Below, one piece after another: positions 37,394 to 47,256 of a stretch of 64,000 nt of DNA (position 1 is its first letter; every line of letters begins with the position of its first letter). A program made the translations under genes and the position numbers. Source of the stretch: a virus. The stretch is from positions 88,720 to 152,719 of the IMG/VR virus record IMGVR_UViG_3300033183_000354. One strand, written 5' to 3'. The notes under the pieces were generated by a model. The model was not told where the DNA came from. It did no database searches and was given only the letters and a program-made list of their open reading frames with translations.

Positions 37394-38323
37394 ATGGCAG
37401 TCAGAAGGCCACTTTATTATGATTCAGGCAATCTTCGTGAAATGTCTGATTCGATGCTCACAGCTATTCGACAGCGCTGTGTATATCTCTATGGTGGATC
37501 ACCAGCAGTAGATCTTTCTGTAGTAGCAAGCAGTGGTTCTCTTGCATCAATAAGTGATACCAGAAAATCTGCTGGTGCATATTCTACTCGAGTTGATGAA
37601 TATCCAACAGAAGCAGAGACTGCGGAACCTGGTACAGTTACAGTCACTTATGATAAAATTAATTCTTCTACAGATTCTGTAAGTGCCATCACTGATACTA
37701 ATAATAAGTTATATCCTATCTATAATAGTAGTGGTAATCTTAGAGCTATGACTGCTACGGATATTTTCGACACATTCATTACGCAGGCAATTGATCTATT
37801 AGTTGATGGCAATGATAGAGACGGTACTTACCGAATTTATACTGGAACTTCTCTATCAAATCATACTCTTATTTCTGCTACTCCGGTTTTCTCTGATACA
37901 AGAGCTAACACAGGAGCATATACTGCTGGTGGAATTCCAGAAGTAGAGGATCAGCCTACGACCATTACTAATTACTATCTGATGAGAACGAATCAAGGTA
38001 CAGCATATGGTACTCCATCAATAACAGCACCGCTTTATATCCGTACTGATAATAATTTACAAACATATACGAGTGGATCATTTGATACAATTTTACAAAA
38101 TGAAATGAGATATCATACAGCAAATACTGTAGGATCAAGAATTACATATAGTATTAATGGAACCGGCAATAACCGAGGATCTGCAATGGTAAATACGATT
38201 CTTAATGGTGGCGGAAATTATCAAACACGGTTTGTTAATGATAATGATTATCGTGCACAAGAATTCCCGGACGGTACGGCTGTTACGGCTAATACATATT
38301 ATTTAAGGATTACGAGGTCTTAA
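37394..38323 (+). CDS. virion structural protein
   Basis: 309 aa, Thr/Ser-rich, with internally repeated PLY...GNL..M units; in the structural operon. Confidence 0.7.
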   Translation: MAVRRPLYYDSGNLREMSDSMLTAIRQRCVYLYGGSPAVDLSVVASSGSLASISDTRKSAGAYSTRVDEYPTEAETAEPGTVTVTYDKINSSTDSVSAITDTNNKLYPIYNSSGNLRAMTATDIFDTFITQAIDLLVDGNDRDGTYRIYTGTSLSNHTLISATPVFSDTRANTGAYTAGGIPEVEDQPTTITNYYLMRTNQGTAYGTPSITAPLYIRTDNNLQTYTSGSFDTILQNEMRYHTANTVGSRITYSINGTGNNRGSAMVNTILNGGGNYQTRFVNDNDYRAQEFPDGTAVTANTYYLRITRS

Positions 38324-38324
38324 A

Positions 38325-38807
38325 ATGGAAGGACATGAGTTTTTAACTGCGCATTTTTGTAATAACGAGAGAACGACCATCGAAGTCTATTGGGCAACCG
38401 AAGACGAGACTCGTGTTACTTATGTTGAGGCGAAAGATGGAGATCCTCAATACGAAGAAGTATTAAAGCATGTATCTATCGATCAACTTCATGAGAACAC
38501 TTATAAACATATTCGCGAACAAAATCAATTATTTGAAGAACAAGTAATCGCGATCGCTAAAGAACGTGGGATGATTTATGATATTGATTCTATTAATACC
38601 GATATCTACAAAGCTATTGGATCAGCAATCTTTGCGCCATTTGATCCTGAGAAAGACAAAGAAAAACTTTTTATGTACAAGTTACAATTATTTGAAGTAG
38701 AATCAATTAAAAATTCAAAAGATAAAGAACTAAAAGCACAATTAAGAAAAGCTAAGAATCTATTGGAATCTACCAAAATTGCTATTCAGATTGTAGAAAA
38801 TAATTAG
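38325..38807 (+). CDS. hypothetical protein
   Basis: 160 aa ORF. Confidence 0.7.
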   Translation: MEGHEFLTAHFCNNERTTIEVYWATEDETRVTYVEAKDGDPQYEEVLKHVSIDQLHENTYKHIREQNQLFEEQVIAIAKERGMIYDIDSINTDIYKAIGSAIFAPFDPEKDKEKLFMYKLQLFEVESIKNSKDKELKAQLRKAKNLLESTKIAIQIVENN

Positions 38808-39354
38808 ACCACCAACCATTTATATTCATTAGTTCATGTGATTGATTAAAGAGGCAAACATTAACGTTTGTCTCTTTTTTATTAGTTTGAACTGATGCAT
38901 ACAATTCATCCTCAAACATTTTAGGTCTGTAAACTGCCCATAACCATTGATCGATCCCTCTATCATACTCTTTCATAAATTCTTTTGAATTAGATTCGAA
39001 AAATTTAAATATAGATGATCGATCTCCATACCAGGAAATTATACTTGAGTTAATTGGATTAGTTTTATAAAATCCTCCTTCAACTCTCCAATGAGCATGA
39101 CATACAGTTAAGTCTTTGCGAATAAATTTATTACAATCATCTTTGATTAAAACATCTAAATCAAAATATAAATTTTGGCCATCTCTAAACTTATCAAACA
39201 TTTGCAGTTTATCATATACACCTCCAAAGATAACCTCATCGATTACTTCAAATGAAGTATATTCAAGATTAGAATATTTGTCAATCATATACTTTAGATT
39301 TTCTGTATGCCATTGACTATACTTATTTCCAGTATTAACACAGATTAATCTCAT
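38782..39354 (-). CDS. GT-A glycosyltransferase (DxD)
   Basis: ICVNTGNKYS, KLQMF, LYFDLDV, NSSIISW, GIDQW; start at 39354 by ATGA coupling. Confidence 0.75.
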   Translation of the reverse strand: MRLICVNTGNKYSQWHTENLKYMIDKYSNLEYTSFEVIDEVIFGGVYDKLQMFDKFRDGQNLYFDLDVLIKDDCNKFIRKDLTVCHAHWRVEGGFYKTNPINSSIISWYGDRSSIFKFFESNSKEFMKEYDRGIDQWLWAVYRPKMFEDELYASVQTNKKETNVNVCLFNQSHELMNINGWWSNYFLQSE

Positions 39355-40442
39355 TTGTGTATTGACCTCACTTGTTGTTTGTCGAATGATTTTTGTTGTG
39401 TGCTGCAATGTTTTTTGCAAACATAAATGGGGCTGTCTGATATGCTTTTTTGTAACTGACCGTTGAACCAAGAGTTTTCGATAATTTTATTTAAAGGTGT
39501 AAACTTTATATTATTATCAAGTCTCATTAAATTATATTGTTTTGCTATATCAGTTTCAAAAAATGTATCTTTTATTTGTTCATATATTATATGTTCTTTT
39601 ACACCAAAAAAACAACAAGGCCAAACTTGACCATCAAAATTAATATTTAAAGTATTATCAGCAGCCCATTTACATATTACCTTTTCTTCTATATCAATAT
39701 TGGTTTCTGAATAATGAGCTAAAAATGGATTTTCAAATTCTTTATCTGCCCATTCTAATATTTCTTCTTCACCATTTTCATTAAGATATGTGTATGGTTT
39801 ATAATTACCGTTTTCATCTAATCCGAATCTATCACTTTTAACATAGGTATGCCTTTGACTCCCGTATTTTTTAGCTAAATCACCAATTTCTTTTACATAA
39901 TCTTGATTATGTTTAAATACGATTGTTTGTGAATTAACAATCGATTTACCATTTTCACTAAATGCTAACATATTATCTAAGACTTTTTGGAGTTTCGTAT
40001 TTTTTCGATATTTACTATGCATCTCTTGATTTACACCATCAATATCAAAGCAAACTCTTAAATGTTTTCTTCTATGTTTATACGCTAAAGATCCAAAATT
40101 CCACCAAAAATCTTCATCTCTTATTGATCCATTGGTACAAATAGAAAGTATAGAATCATTCGGTAAAGATGAAAGTAAATAATCACTAATATCATAAATT
40201 TCAGGATTCATTATTGGATCTCCCCAACTAGGAGACATATGAATACTAATAACATTCTCTAATTGATCTTGAGGATAAGATAACATAACTTCTGGTAATG
40301 ACCAATGTATTAATGGAAGACTAGGTATCTTTTTTAAACCTCCATTGATATTATCAGTTCTACTACATTGAGGGCATTTAGCATTACAATGTGTTGTAAT
40401 ATCTATTGTAAGTTTTAAATTTTTATTATACCATCTATGCAT
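39351..40442 (-). CDS. radical SAM protein with SPASM/twitch-like C-terminus
   Basis: CNAKCPQC (CxxxCxxC), GDPIMNP, TNGS, IDG, C...GQVWPCC...CKKHC. Confidence 0.9.
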   Translation of the reverse strand: MHRWYNKNLKLTIDITTHCNAKCPQCSRTDNINGGLKKIPSLPLIHWSLPEVMLSYPQDQLENVISIHMSPSWGDPIMNPEIYDISDYLLSSLPNDSILSICTNGSIRDEDFWWNFGSLAYKHRRKHLRVCFDIDGVNQEMHSKYRKNTKLQKVLDNMLAFSENGKSIVNSQTIVFKHNQDYVKEIGDLAKKYGSQRHTYVKSDRFGLDENGNYKPYTYLNENGEEEILEWADKEFENPFLAHYSETNIDIEEKVICKWAADNTLNINFDGQVWPCCFFGVKEHIIYEQIKDTFFETDIAKQYNLMRLDNNIKFTPLNKIIENSWFNGQLQKSISDSPIYVCKKHCSTQQKSFDKQQVRSIHK

Positions 40443-41208
40443 TAAAACTAATACCGAAATCTTTATTAACGTGGTGCAAAATATAAGCTGCTGCAGAAGG
40501 ATCCGGAGAAGATTGATCCAATATAAAATTCCATTGAATACCAATATTTGTATATGGTACGTCAAATTTTTCTATTAAATATGAAATATAAACTTCATTA
40601 TTATGAATCCAACTTTTATTTATTTCTTCAGGATATAGGTTGTCTAGACTAGCCTCTTCAAACTTATTAAAACAATAATCAAATCGTTCACTAAATTTTA
40701 ACTTATCAATGGAATTTTTATTTGCAGCAATAACTCCAGTATTAAGCATCTCATCATTACCATTTATATCATCAAGTAAAAGCATAGCATTCTTAGCGCA
40801 TGTTTTACTATACATATCCATCTTATGCCAAGAATCGTTTTTTAATCTAGAATGCATTTGGTCTGAAGTTGGTTTTTTAACTATACCATATGCGCAAATT
40901 TTATTCAAATCAAAAGAATCAAATATATTCTTTGTTGTCTGAGGTACTATATCAAAATCAAAGTAAACTACTTCATCATAATCATTGACGAGTTTTTCAA
41001 GTAGAAAGATTTTTTCAAATTGAATTTTATCATAGTCTGAAACAGAAGTTGTAAATAATTCATAGTCAGCGCCACAATTTTTTGCATAGGATTTCTGCGA
41101 TTCTAAGATTTGATCTTTGAATTTGATAAACTGATTACGCTTGAAATCGGGGACAGAACTATGTTCTTCCACTTGATCGGTATATAAACTATAGATAATT
41201 CTTTTCAT
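40435..41208 (-). CDS. GT-A glycosyltransferase (DxD)
   Basis: YA...GADY.LF, YFDFDIV, LNTGVI, NNE, WN, HHVNK; paralogue of 41189..42088. Confidence 0.8.
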   Translation of the reverse strand: MKRIIYSLYTDQVEEHSSVPDFKRNQFIKFKDQILESQKSYAKNCGADYELFTTSVSDYDKIQFEKIFLLEKLVNDYDEVVYFDFDIVPQTTKNIFDSFDLNKICAYGIVKKPTSDQMHSRLKNDSWHKMDMYSKTCAKNAMLLLDDINGNDEMLNTGVIAANKNSIDKLKFSERFDYCFNKFEEASLDNLYPEEINKSWIHNNEVYISYLIEKFDVPYTNIGIQWNFILDQSSPDPSAAAYILHHVNKDFGISFNA

Positions 41209-42088
41209 ACCATTCCTTTACATAACCAAAATCTTTATTAATCACATGAACTAAATTAATATCATGTGGTATGTAATTCCATTTATCTAAAACATGATGC
41301 CATTGATTCGTTAAATCTTGCCTTTGAACTTGATTCATTGACATCTTATAACTCCAGATAGTTTCGTTATCCCAACCAAACATATACCTGATATGATTTG
41401 GCCACATACTAAACTCGTCGTTCTTTAGTTCACTCATCATATTAATGACATCATCAAAATCGCCCCAATAATCTAACTTTTCTAATTGTTCTTTCGAAAC
41501 TCCGACGATACCAGTATTATAAACGTCATTCTTTCCAGACATATCTGATTCAATAAGCATTGCTCGAGCGTTCCAGTATTTTGCTGTCGGCGATCTATTC
41601 GATAACATGCTCATGCTATTAAAATTTTGTTCACTGATGACCATCTTATGCAATGATGTATCAATTGAGTTTCTATTCGCCATAATAGTGATACCATTTT
41701 TTGGTATATCCCAATGGTCAAAAAAATTGATCTTTGTTAATGGAACTACATCAAAGTCGAGATATAATATCTCGTCATATTTTTTAGCCAGTTCATACAT
41801 CAAGTGAATCTTATAAAAGTTCACAATATTGTATGCAGTAATTATAGGATACTTTTCATTAAACCATTCTTTATATTTGATGTAATTATCATCATATTCA
41901 AATAGTTTATACTCAACACCAATACTATCAGCATACTTCTGCTGTACTTCTTTTAACCATGAATAGTATGTTCTTAATTGTCTTTTAGTCTCAAGTGTTT
42001 TAGGTTCTTCTTTACCATAGAACGGAGGCTGATAATCTAGTTCATTTTCAGGGATATCGATATAAAGACTATAAATAATTCTTGCCAT
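41189..42088 (-). CDS. GT-A glycosyltransferase (DxD)
   Basis: YA..IG.EYKLF, YKI, LYLDFDVV, YNTGIV, DNE, HVINK. Confidence 0.8.
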   Translation of the reverse strand: MARIIYSLYIDIPENELDYQPPFYGKEEPKTLETKRQLRTYYSWLKEVQQKYADSIGVEYKLFEYDDNYIKYKEWFNEKYPIITAYNIVNFYKIHLMYELAKKYDEILYLDFDVVPLTKINFFDHWDIPKNGITIMANRNSIDTSLHKMVISEQNFNSMSMLSNRSPTAKYWNARAMLIESDMSGKNDVYNTGIVGVSKEQLEKLDYWGDFDDVINMMSELKNDEFSMWPNHIRYMFGWDNETIWSYKMSMNQVQRQDLTNQWHHVLDKWNYIPHDINLVHVINKDFGYVKEWYEKNYL

Positions 42089-42638
42089 GATATTAGAATA
42101 CGCTATTGAAAAAATACAAACTTGTGATGATATTGAAGTAGCAAAATCAATCGCTAATTCAGTTAATCAAAATCAGTTAAAAAACAAATACTGGTTAATC
42201 GAGCATTTACAACCTTACTTAGATATGTATATCGATCCTAAGATCGTAGTTGCTGCAGGTTGGCATGGCCTTACTGCTCATATGTTAGATAATAATGTTA
42301 TGTCATTTGATATGGATCCAGTTTGTAAAGAAGTTCGCCTCTTTCCAAACGTGAATTATAAAACTTCGAAGATAGAAGACTTTGATCCTTCTCAGTACGA
42401 TATCATCATATGCACATCATGCGAGCATATTACCGATGATGTTATCAATAATTTTATCGCTAAGAAAAATCCAACTAGTATCTGCCTCCTCCAAAGCAAT
42501 AACTATTATTATATACCAGAACACGTCAATTGTAAACAAAATTGTGACGAATTTGCTGAAAAAATTAACCTTAAGATACTTGATAAATTTACACTTGAAT
42601 GCGATAAGTACGATCGTTTTATGATAATAGGAATCTAA
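42087..42638 (+). CDS. class I SAM-dependent methyltransferase-like protein
   Basis: K.WL, VAAGWHG, SFDMDP, DIIICTSCEH, LQSNNY..EHVNC; TATAAATA at 42070. Confidence 0.65.
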   Translation: MILEYAIEKIQTCDDIEVAKSIANSVNQNQLKNKYWLIEHLQPYLDMYIDPKIVVAAGWHGLTAHMLDNNVMSFDMDPVCKEVRLFPNVNYKTSKIEDFDPSQYDIIICTSCEHITDDVINNFIAKKNPTSICLLQSNNYYYIPEHVNCKQNCDEFAEKINLKILDKFTLECDKYDRFMIIGI

Positions 42639-42642
42639 TTAT

Positions 42643-42650
42643 TATAAATA
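42643..42650 (+). promoter_or_regulatory. late promoter overlapping an RBS-sequestering stem
   Basis: TATAAATA; AAATACCT (42646) is complementary to AGGTATTT (42696), which covers the RBS. Confidence 0.65.
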
Positions 42651-42704
42651 CCTCCTGTAGGCAGGGGCGTTCGCGTCCGACAAAGAAATCACGGAAGGTA
42701 TTTC

Positions 42705-43058
42705 ATGGCCCAATACGAAGAATTTACCATCGATCAAGGAGCGGACGTCGCCTTTGAACTTCATCTAACAGATGTTAACGGTGCAGCCAAAAATCTGAAT
42801 GGCTATACTGTGTCTGCTAAAATGAAGAAGAATTATAACAGCGACAGCGCCGATACTCACGACTTTACTAGTATAGTCGCTTCTCCATATACAGATGGCA
42901 TTGTCACATTGTCGCTCACAAATACTCAGACTGATGTTCTCAAGGCTGGAAGATACGTATATGACGTAGAGCTTTCATATCTTGATAGCAGTGATAACAC
43001 CGTGATTGAGAGGATACTTGAAGGCCGCATTCAAGTAACACCATCGGTGACGAAATGA
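42705..43058 (+). CDS. small virion adaptor protein (Ig/BppU-like)
   Basis: IDQGAD...L.GYT..AKMKK.Y...G.VTLSLT.TQT..LKAGRYVYDVE...RILEG.I.V.PSVT. Confidence 0.75.
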   Translation: MAQYEEFTIDQGADVAFELHLTDVNGAAKNLNGYTVSAKMKKNYNSDSADTHDFTSIVASPYTDGIVTLSLTNTQTDVLKAGRYVYDVELSYLDSSDNTVIERILEGRIQVTPSVTK

Positions 43059-43067
43059 GTATTTTAA

Positions 43068-43997
43068 ATGTCGACAGATAAGATCCTTGTAAAGGTCTCT
43101 CAAAACGCTCAGGTAAAGATTTCTGACGATCAAACGATAGTCAAGAAGATTGTCGTTGGAACTCCTGTTAAGAAAGTTACTGCTGCTCGTTTTGATGCTT
43201 TAACACTAAGTGGCAACTCGGCCTCTTATTATCTTGACTACAATAACTTTACAAATACTCCTACAATCTTAGATTCTGATATGATCAAGAGATTTACTCT
43301 TGATTCTTCTGAAGTATTAGCTCTGATTGACTCTGACTATTTTGATCAGATTGGCCTACAAAATATAGAAGACAGTGGCAGTGGCATTAAACTCATTGGC
43401 CCGGTTAAAATTACAGATCATGTATTACCCAATGCGAATCAGCGATATGATCTTGGTTCCCCAACAAATAAATTTAGAGCTCTCTATATTGCGGGTAGAA
43501 CCATTTATATGGGTGGATTATCTTTATCTGATTCTGGTGGATCTCTTACAATCGGTGCTACTGACTCAAATGGAAATATTATTCCGGGATCAGAGAACGC
43601 TGTACTAACATCTGCTATTGATTCTGATCAAGTCAATCGTATTATCGATGATCGCCTAGATTCTTCTCTATATGATGGTAGACTTCTAGAAGAAGTATCT
43701 CAAGATTTTACTACGATTACGCAACAAACGATTGATACTTTCTCGGCTGCAGCTTTAAGAACAGCAAAATATCTAGTACAGATTGAACATGATTCTGATA
43801 GCAAATATCATTCTTCAGAATTATTATTAACACATAATGGATCAGAAGTTTATATTACTGAATATGCGATGGTGACGACTGATTCATCTCTTGGAGAATT
43901 TGATGCTTCTATATCAGGTGGAAACGTAACTCTTAAGTTAACTCCATCTTATACTAATACAAGTTTCAAATCAAAAAGAATTGATATAAATGCATAA
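43068..43997 (+). CDS. tail fibre-associated structural protein
   Basis: YYLDYNNFTNTP, P.....YDLGSP..KFR.LY, TIDTF....RTAKYLVQI modules. Confidence 0.75.
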   Translation: MSTDKILVKVSQNAQVKISDDQTIVKKIVVGTPVKKVTAARFDALTLSGNSASYYLDYNNFTNTPTILDSDMIKRFTLDSSEVLALIDSDYFDQIGLQNIEDSGSGIKLIGPVKITDHVLPNANQRYDLGSPTNKFRALYIAGRTIYMGGLSLSDSGGSLTIGATDSNGNIIPGSENAVLTSAIDSDQVNRIIDDRLDSSLYDGRLLEEVSQDFTTITQQTIDTFSAAALRTAKYLVQIEHDSDSKYHSSELLLTHNGSEVYITEYAMVTTDSSLGEFDASISGGNVTLKLTPSYTNTSFKSKRIDINA

Positions 43998-44000
43998 TAT

Positions 44001-44008
44001 TATAAATA
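44001..44008 (+). promoter_or_regulatory. late promoter TATAAATA
   Basis: Exact consensus, intergenic. Confidence 0.7.
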
Positions 44009-44038
44009 GAGTTAACAAGATTTTATTTAGGATTTATC

Positions 44039-44347
44039 ATGGCCGTTAAAAAGAATTTTGTAGTTAAAACGGGACTTGAAGTAGCAGATTCGGCTGTTGT
44101 GACAGGAGTGTTCAAAGCTTCGGGCTTAAGATATCCTACTGCAGACGGGAATGCAAATGAAGTAATTAAAACAAACGGAAATGGAATTTTAAATTTTGGT
44201 AAGTTGAGAGTTGGGGATCTTGATGATGTTAATTTGGCCACGCTCGCTGAAGAAGGTATTTTAGTTTATGATTCAGCTACCGAAAAATGGATCGCCAAGA
44301 ATGAACTTGTTGGCACCGATATAACATCAGACGGAGGCTTTTACTAA
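44039..44347 (+). CDS. small tail fibre-like protein
   Basis: KNFVVK.GL, YPTADG...VIKT.G.G.L.F, L.DV, LVYD....KW, DGG.Y. Confidence 0.75.
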   Translation: MAVKKNFVVKTGLEVADSAVVTGVFKASGLRYPTADGNANEVIKTNGNGILNFGKLRVGDLDDVNLATLAEEGILVYDSATEKWIAKNELVGTDITSDGGFY

Positions 44348-47187
44348 TGGCGTCAATTATTAAGATTAAACGATCGGCTACCAACGGAGCGCCGACTTCC
44401 CTACAATTAGGGGAAATGGCGTATTCGTATCTAACAGGTACAGAAGGAAATGGCGGTGACCGACTATATATTGGTGCAGTACCATCTGGCCAATCTTTAC
44501 AACCAGTTGTTATTGGTGGTGTTTATTTTACCAGTAAATTAGATCACACTCCTGGTACACTCACTGCATCAAGCGCTATTATCACGGACGCGTCAAATAA
44601 AATTGACGTCTTAAACGTTGATAATATTACGATCAACGGTAATACTATTAGCTCAACAGATACTAATGGCCATATCATCCTTGATCCAAATGGCGCCGGT
44701 GAAATTCAAGCCTCCTCCGCAAAAATCACCGGTGTTGCTGATCCATCAAGTGCACAAGATGCTGCCACAAAAGCTTATGTTGATTTAGTCTCTGGCGCCA
44801 AGACTATTACTATCAACGGTGATACTGGAACTGATACTGTTAATATTGCAGATTCAGCTTTAACCATTGATGGAGCCGATGGCCTCGCTGTAACGGTTAC
44901 TAACAATAATGTTACGGTAGGTGTTGCCGGTTCTGGTATTCCTAACTCAAGCCTAACAAATAGTACTGTTACTATTGCGGCTGATGCTGGTTCAAATGAC
45001 GCAGTTTCCCTTGGTGAAACCTTTACTCTTACAGGTGGAACAGGTCTTACTTCAACTGTTGGAACAAATGAAGTAACATTTGCTCTTGACAATACAGCAG
45101 TTTCGGCTGGATCATATGGTAATGCATCTAATATTCCAGTTTTTACTGTTGATGCTCAAGGTCGTTTAACATCAGCAACAACTGCTGCGATCTCTACTGA
45201 TCTTTCAATTGCCGCAGATACTGGTACAGATACAGTTAACCTACTTGATTCTGATATTACCTTTACTGGTGGTACCGGTATCACGACTGCAGTAACAGAT
45301 AATACGGTTACTATTACAGGTGATAATGCTACGACGACCACTAAAGGTGTGGCATCGTTTAGTGGATCTGACTTTACAGTTTCATCTGGAGCAGTTTCGA
45401 TCGCTACAGGCGGTGTTTCAAATGCTCAGTTGGCCGGTTCTATCACAAATGCTAAATTGGTTAATAGCTCTATTATCATTAGTGATGGTGTTGATACTGA
45501 TCCAGTATCGTTAGGTGGAACACTCCTTATCTCTACGAGTAATGGTGTTGATTTTGTAGTCAATGGCAATGATTCTGCTACCATCTCAGGCGTTGATGCT
45601 ACAACGTCGACGAAGGGTGTGGCATCATTTAGCTCAAATGACTTTGCTGTTACTTCTGGCGCTGTTACTATCAAGACACAAGGTGTTAGCGCTACACAGT
45701 TAGAAAATACTTTAGACCTTTCTGGTAAGTCAGTTACTCTTGCTGCTGGTGAAATCAGTAACTCTGAACTTGCTAACTCTAGCTTAACGATTAACGGTAC
45801 TGCTATTTCACTTGGCGGTTCTGGTTCAATCGATACTGATGACATCAGTGAAGGCAACACGAACCTTTGGTATACTACTGCAAGAGCAGATAGTGATGCA
45901 AAGAGAGCAGTTAGCGTAACAGATGCTGGCGGAGATGGTTCTCTTACTTATGATGAAGCGAGTGGTGTATTTACTTACACTGGTCCTTCTGCATCTGAAG
46001 TAAGAGCTCATTTCTCAGGTGGCACTGGTGTAACATACAACTCAGGTACTGGTCAAATCTCGATTGGTCAAGCAGTTGACTCAACCGATGATGTTATCTT
46101 CAACAACATTAATACTCATGGTAATGTAACGATTGATGGTAATCTTGCAGTTAACGGTACAACTACTACGGTTAACTCAATAACGGTTACTACAAATGAT
46201 CCGTTAATGCATCTTGCCGATTCGAATGATACGACAGATGCTCTTGATATTGGTTTTATCGGTCAATACTATAGTTCAGCTAATACTCGAGTTGAAAGAA
46301 CTGGTTTCTTTAGAGATGCGACCGATGGTCAATACAGACTCTTTACTGGTTTAGCTGATGATACTTTAGATAGTAATAACGTTGTTGACATCGATGGTAC
46401 TGGATTTACTCTTGCTGATCTGAATGTCGGAACGTTAAGAGCTACTTCAATTATTGGTGTTCATAGTGGATTTGACTCTGACTTTGCTCAGAAGACGACT
46501 GACGACTTAACAGAAGGTTCAAACCTCTATTATACGACTGCTAGAGTCGATTCTGATATGGGTGATATCCTTACTGCTGGTGAAGGTATCGATATCACTG
46601 CAGGCTCCGGTATCATTACGATTGATGCCGAACTGGCAACTACTACTAACAAAGGTGTCGCATCGTTTGCTACTGCAGACTTTAACGTAACGAGTGGCGC
46701 GGTTGAATTAAAAGACACAGTCATCAAGTCAGTTTCTACTGATGGATCGGCTGCTACTCCTTCAACTCATGCCTTTACGATTGCAGGTACATCTGCACAA
46801 GGTATCACGACCTCTGGTTCTGGTTCGACAGTCACGATCACGGCGGCGAATGCTGCTGCTGATGGAAGCACGAAAGGTGTCGCAGCATTTAATAGCACAC
46901 ACTTCTCGGCTGCTTCCGGTATCGTTTCGGCCAATGATGTTACACTCTATAGTGGTAACACGAATACTGGTCAAGGTTCTGGTATCGCTGCAACGATCGG
47001 TGAATCCTTTAACATCTACGGTGATTGGACGCAAGGTATTACGTCGACGATCTCTTCAGGAAATCTTGTCATTCAAGGTAGAAATGCTACGACTACATCG
47101 AAGGGTGTTGCATCATTTAATGATTCAAACTTTGATGTTGTATCAGGCGCTGTATCGATCGATACCGTTGATGGTGGAAGTTATTAA
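44347..47187 (+). CDS. long tail fibre protein
   Basis: IIKIKRS...P..L..GE.AY N-terminal module; repeated ATTTTKGVASF...F.V.SGAV; 946 aa. Confidence 0.8.
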   Translation: MASIIKIKRSATNGAPTSLQLGEMAYSYLTGTEGNGGDRLYIGAVPSGQSLQPVVIGGVYFTSKLDHTPGTLTASSAIITDASNKIDVLNVDNITINGNTISSTDTNGHIILDPNGAGEIQASSAKITGVADPSSAQDAATKAYVDLVSGAKTITINGDTGTDTVNIADSALTIDGADGLAVTVTNNNVTVGVAGSGIPNSSLTNSTVTIAADAGSNDAVSLGETFTLTGGTGLTSTVGTNEVTFALDNTAVSAGSYGNASNIPVFTVDAQGRLTSATTAAISTDLSIAADTGTDTVNLLDSDITFTGGTGITTAVTDNTVTITGDNATTTTKGVASFSGSDFTVSSGAVSIATGGVSNAQLAGSITNAKLVNSSIIISDGVDTDPVSLGGTLLISTSNGVDFVVNGNDSATISGVDATTSTKGVASFSSNDFAVTSGAVTIKTQGVSATQLENTLDLSGKSVTLAAGEISNSELANSSLTINGTAISLGGSGSIDTDDISEGNTNLWYTTARADSDAKRAVSVTDAGGDGSLTYDEASGVFTYTGPSASEVRAHFSGGTGVTYNSGTGQISIGQAVDSTDDVIFNNINTHGNVTIDGNLAVNGTTTTVNSITVTTNDPLMHLADSNDTTDALDIGFIGQYYSSANTRVERTGFFRDATDGQYRLFTGLADDTLDSNNVVDIDGTGFTLADLNVGTLRATSIIGVHSGFDSDFAQKTTDDLTEGSNLYYTTARVDSDMGDILTAGEGIDITAGSGIITIDAELATTTNKGVASFATADFNVTSGAVELKDTVIKSVSTDGSAATPSTHAFTIAGTSAQGITTSGSGSTVTITAANAAADGSTKGVAAFNSTHFSAASGIVSANDVTLYSGNTNTGQGSGIAATIGESFNIYGDWTQGITSTISSGNLVIQGRNATTTSKGVASFNDSNFDVVSGAVSIDTVDGGSY

Positions 47188-47199
47188 TATATAGAATAT

Positions 47200-47227
47200 A
47201 GTCGGAGGGTTTTCTAATCCTCCGACT
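47200..47227 (+). terminator. strong intergenic hairpin (terminator or processing site)
   Basis: AGTCGGAGG...CCTCCGACT; no immediate U-tract. Confidence 0.5.
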
Positions 47228-47256
47228 TAAAACAAAACCTTTTTTAAGGAATTGAG

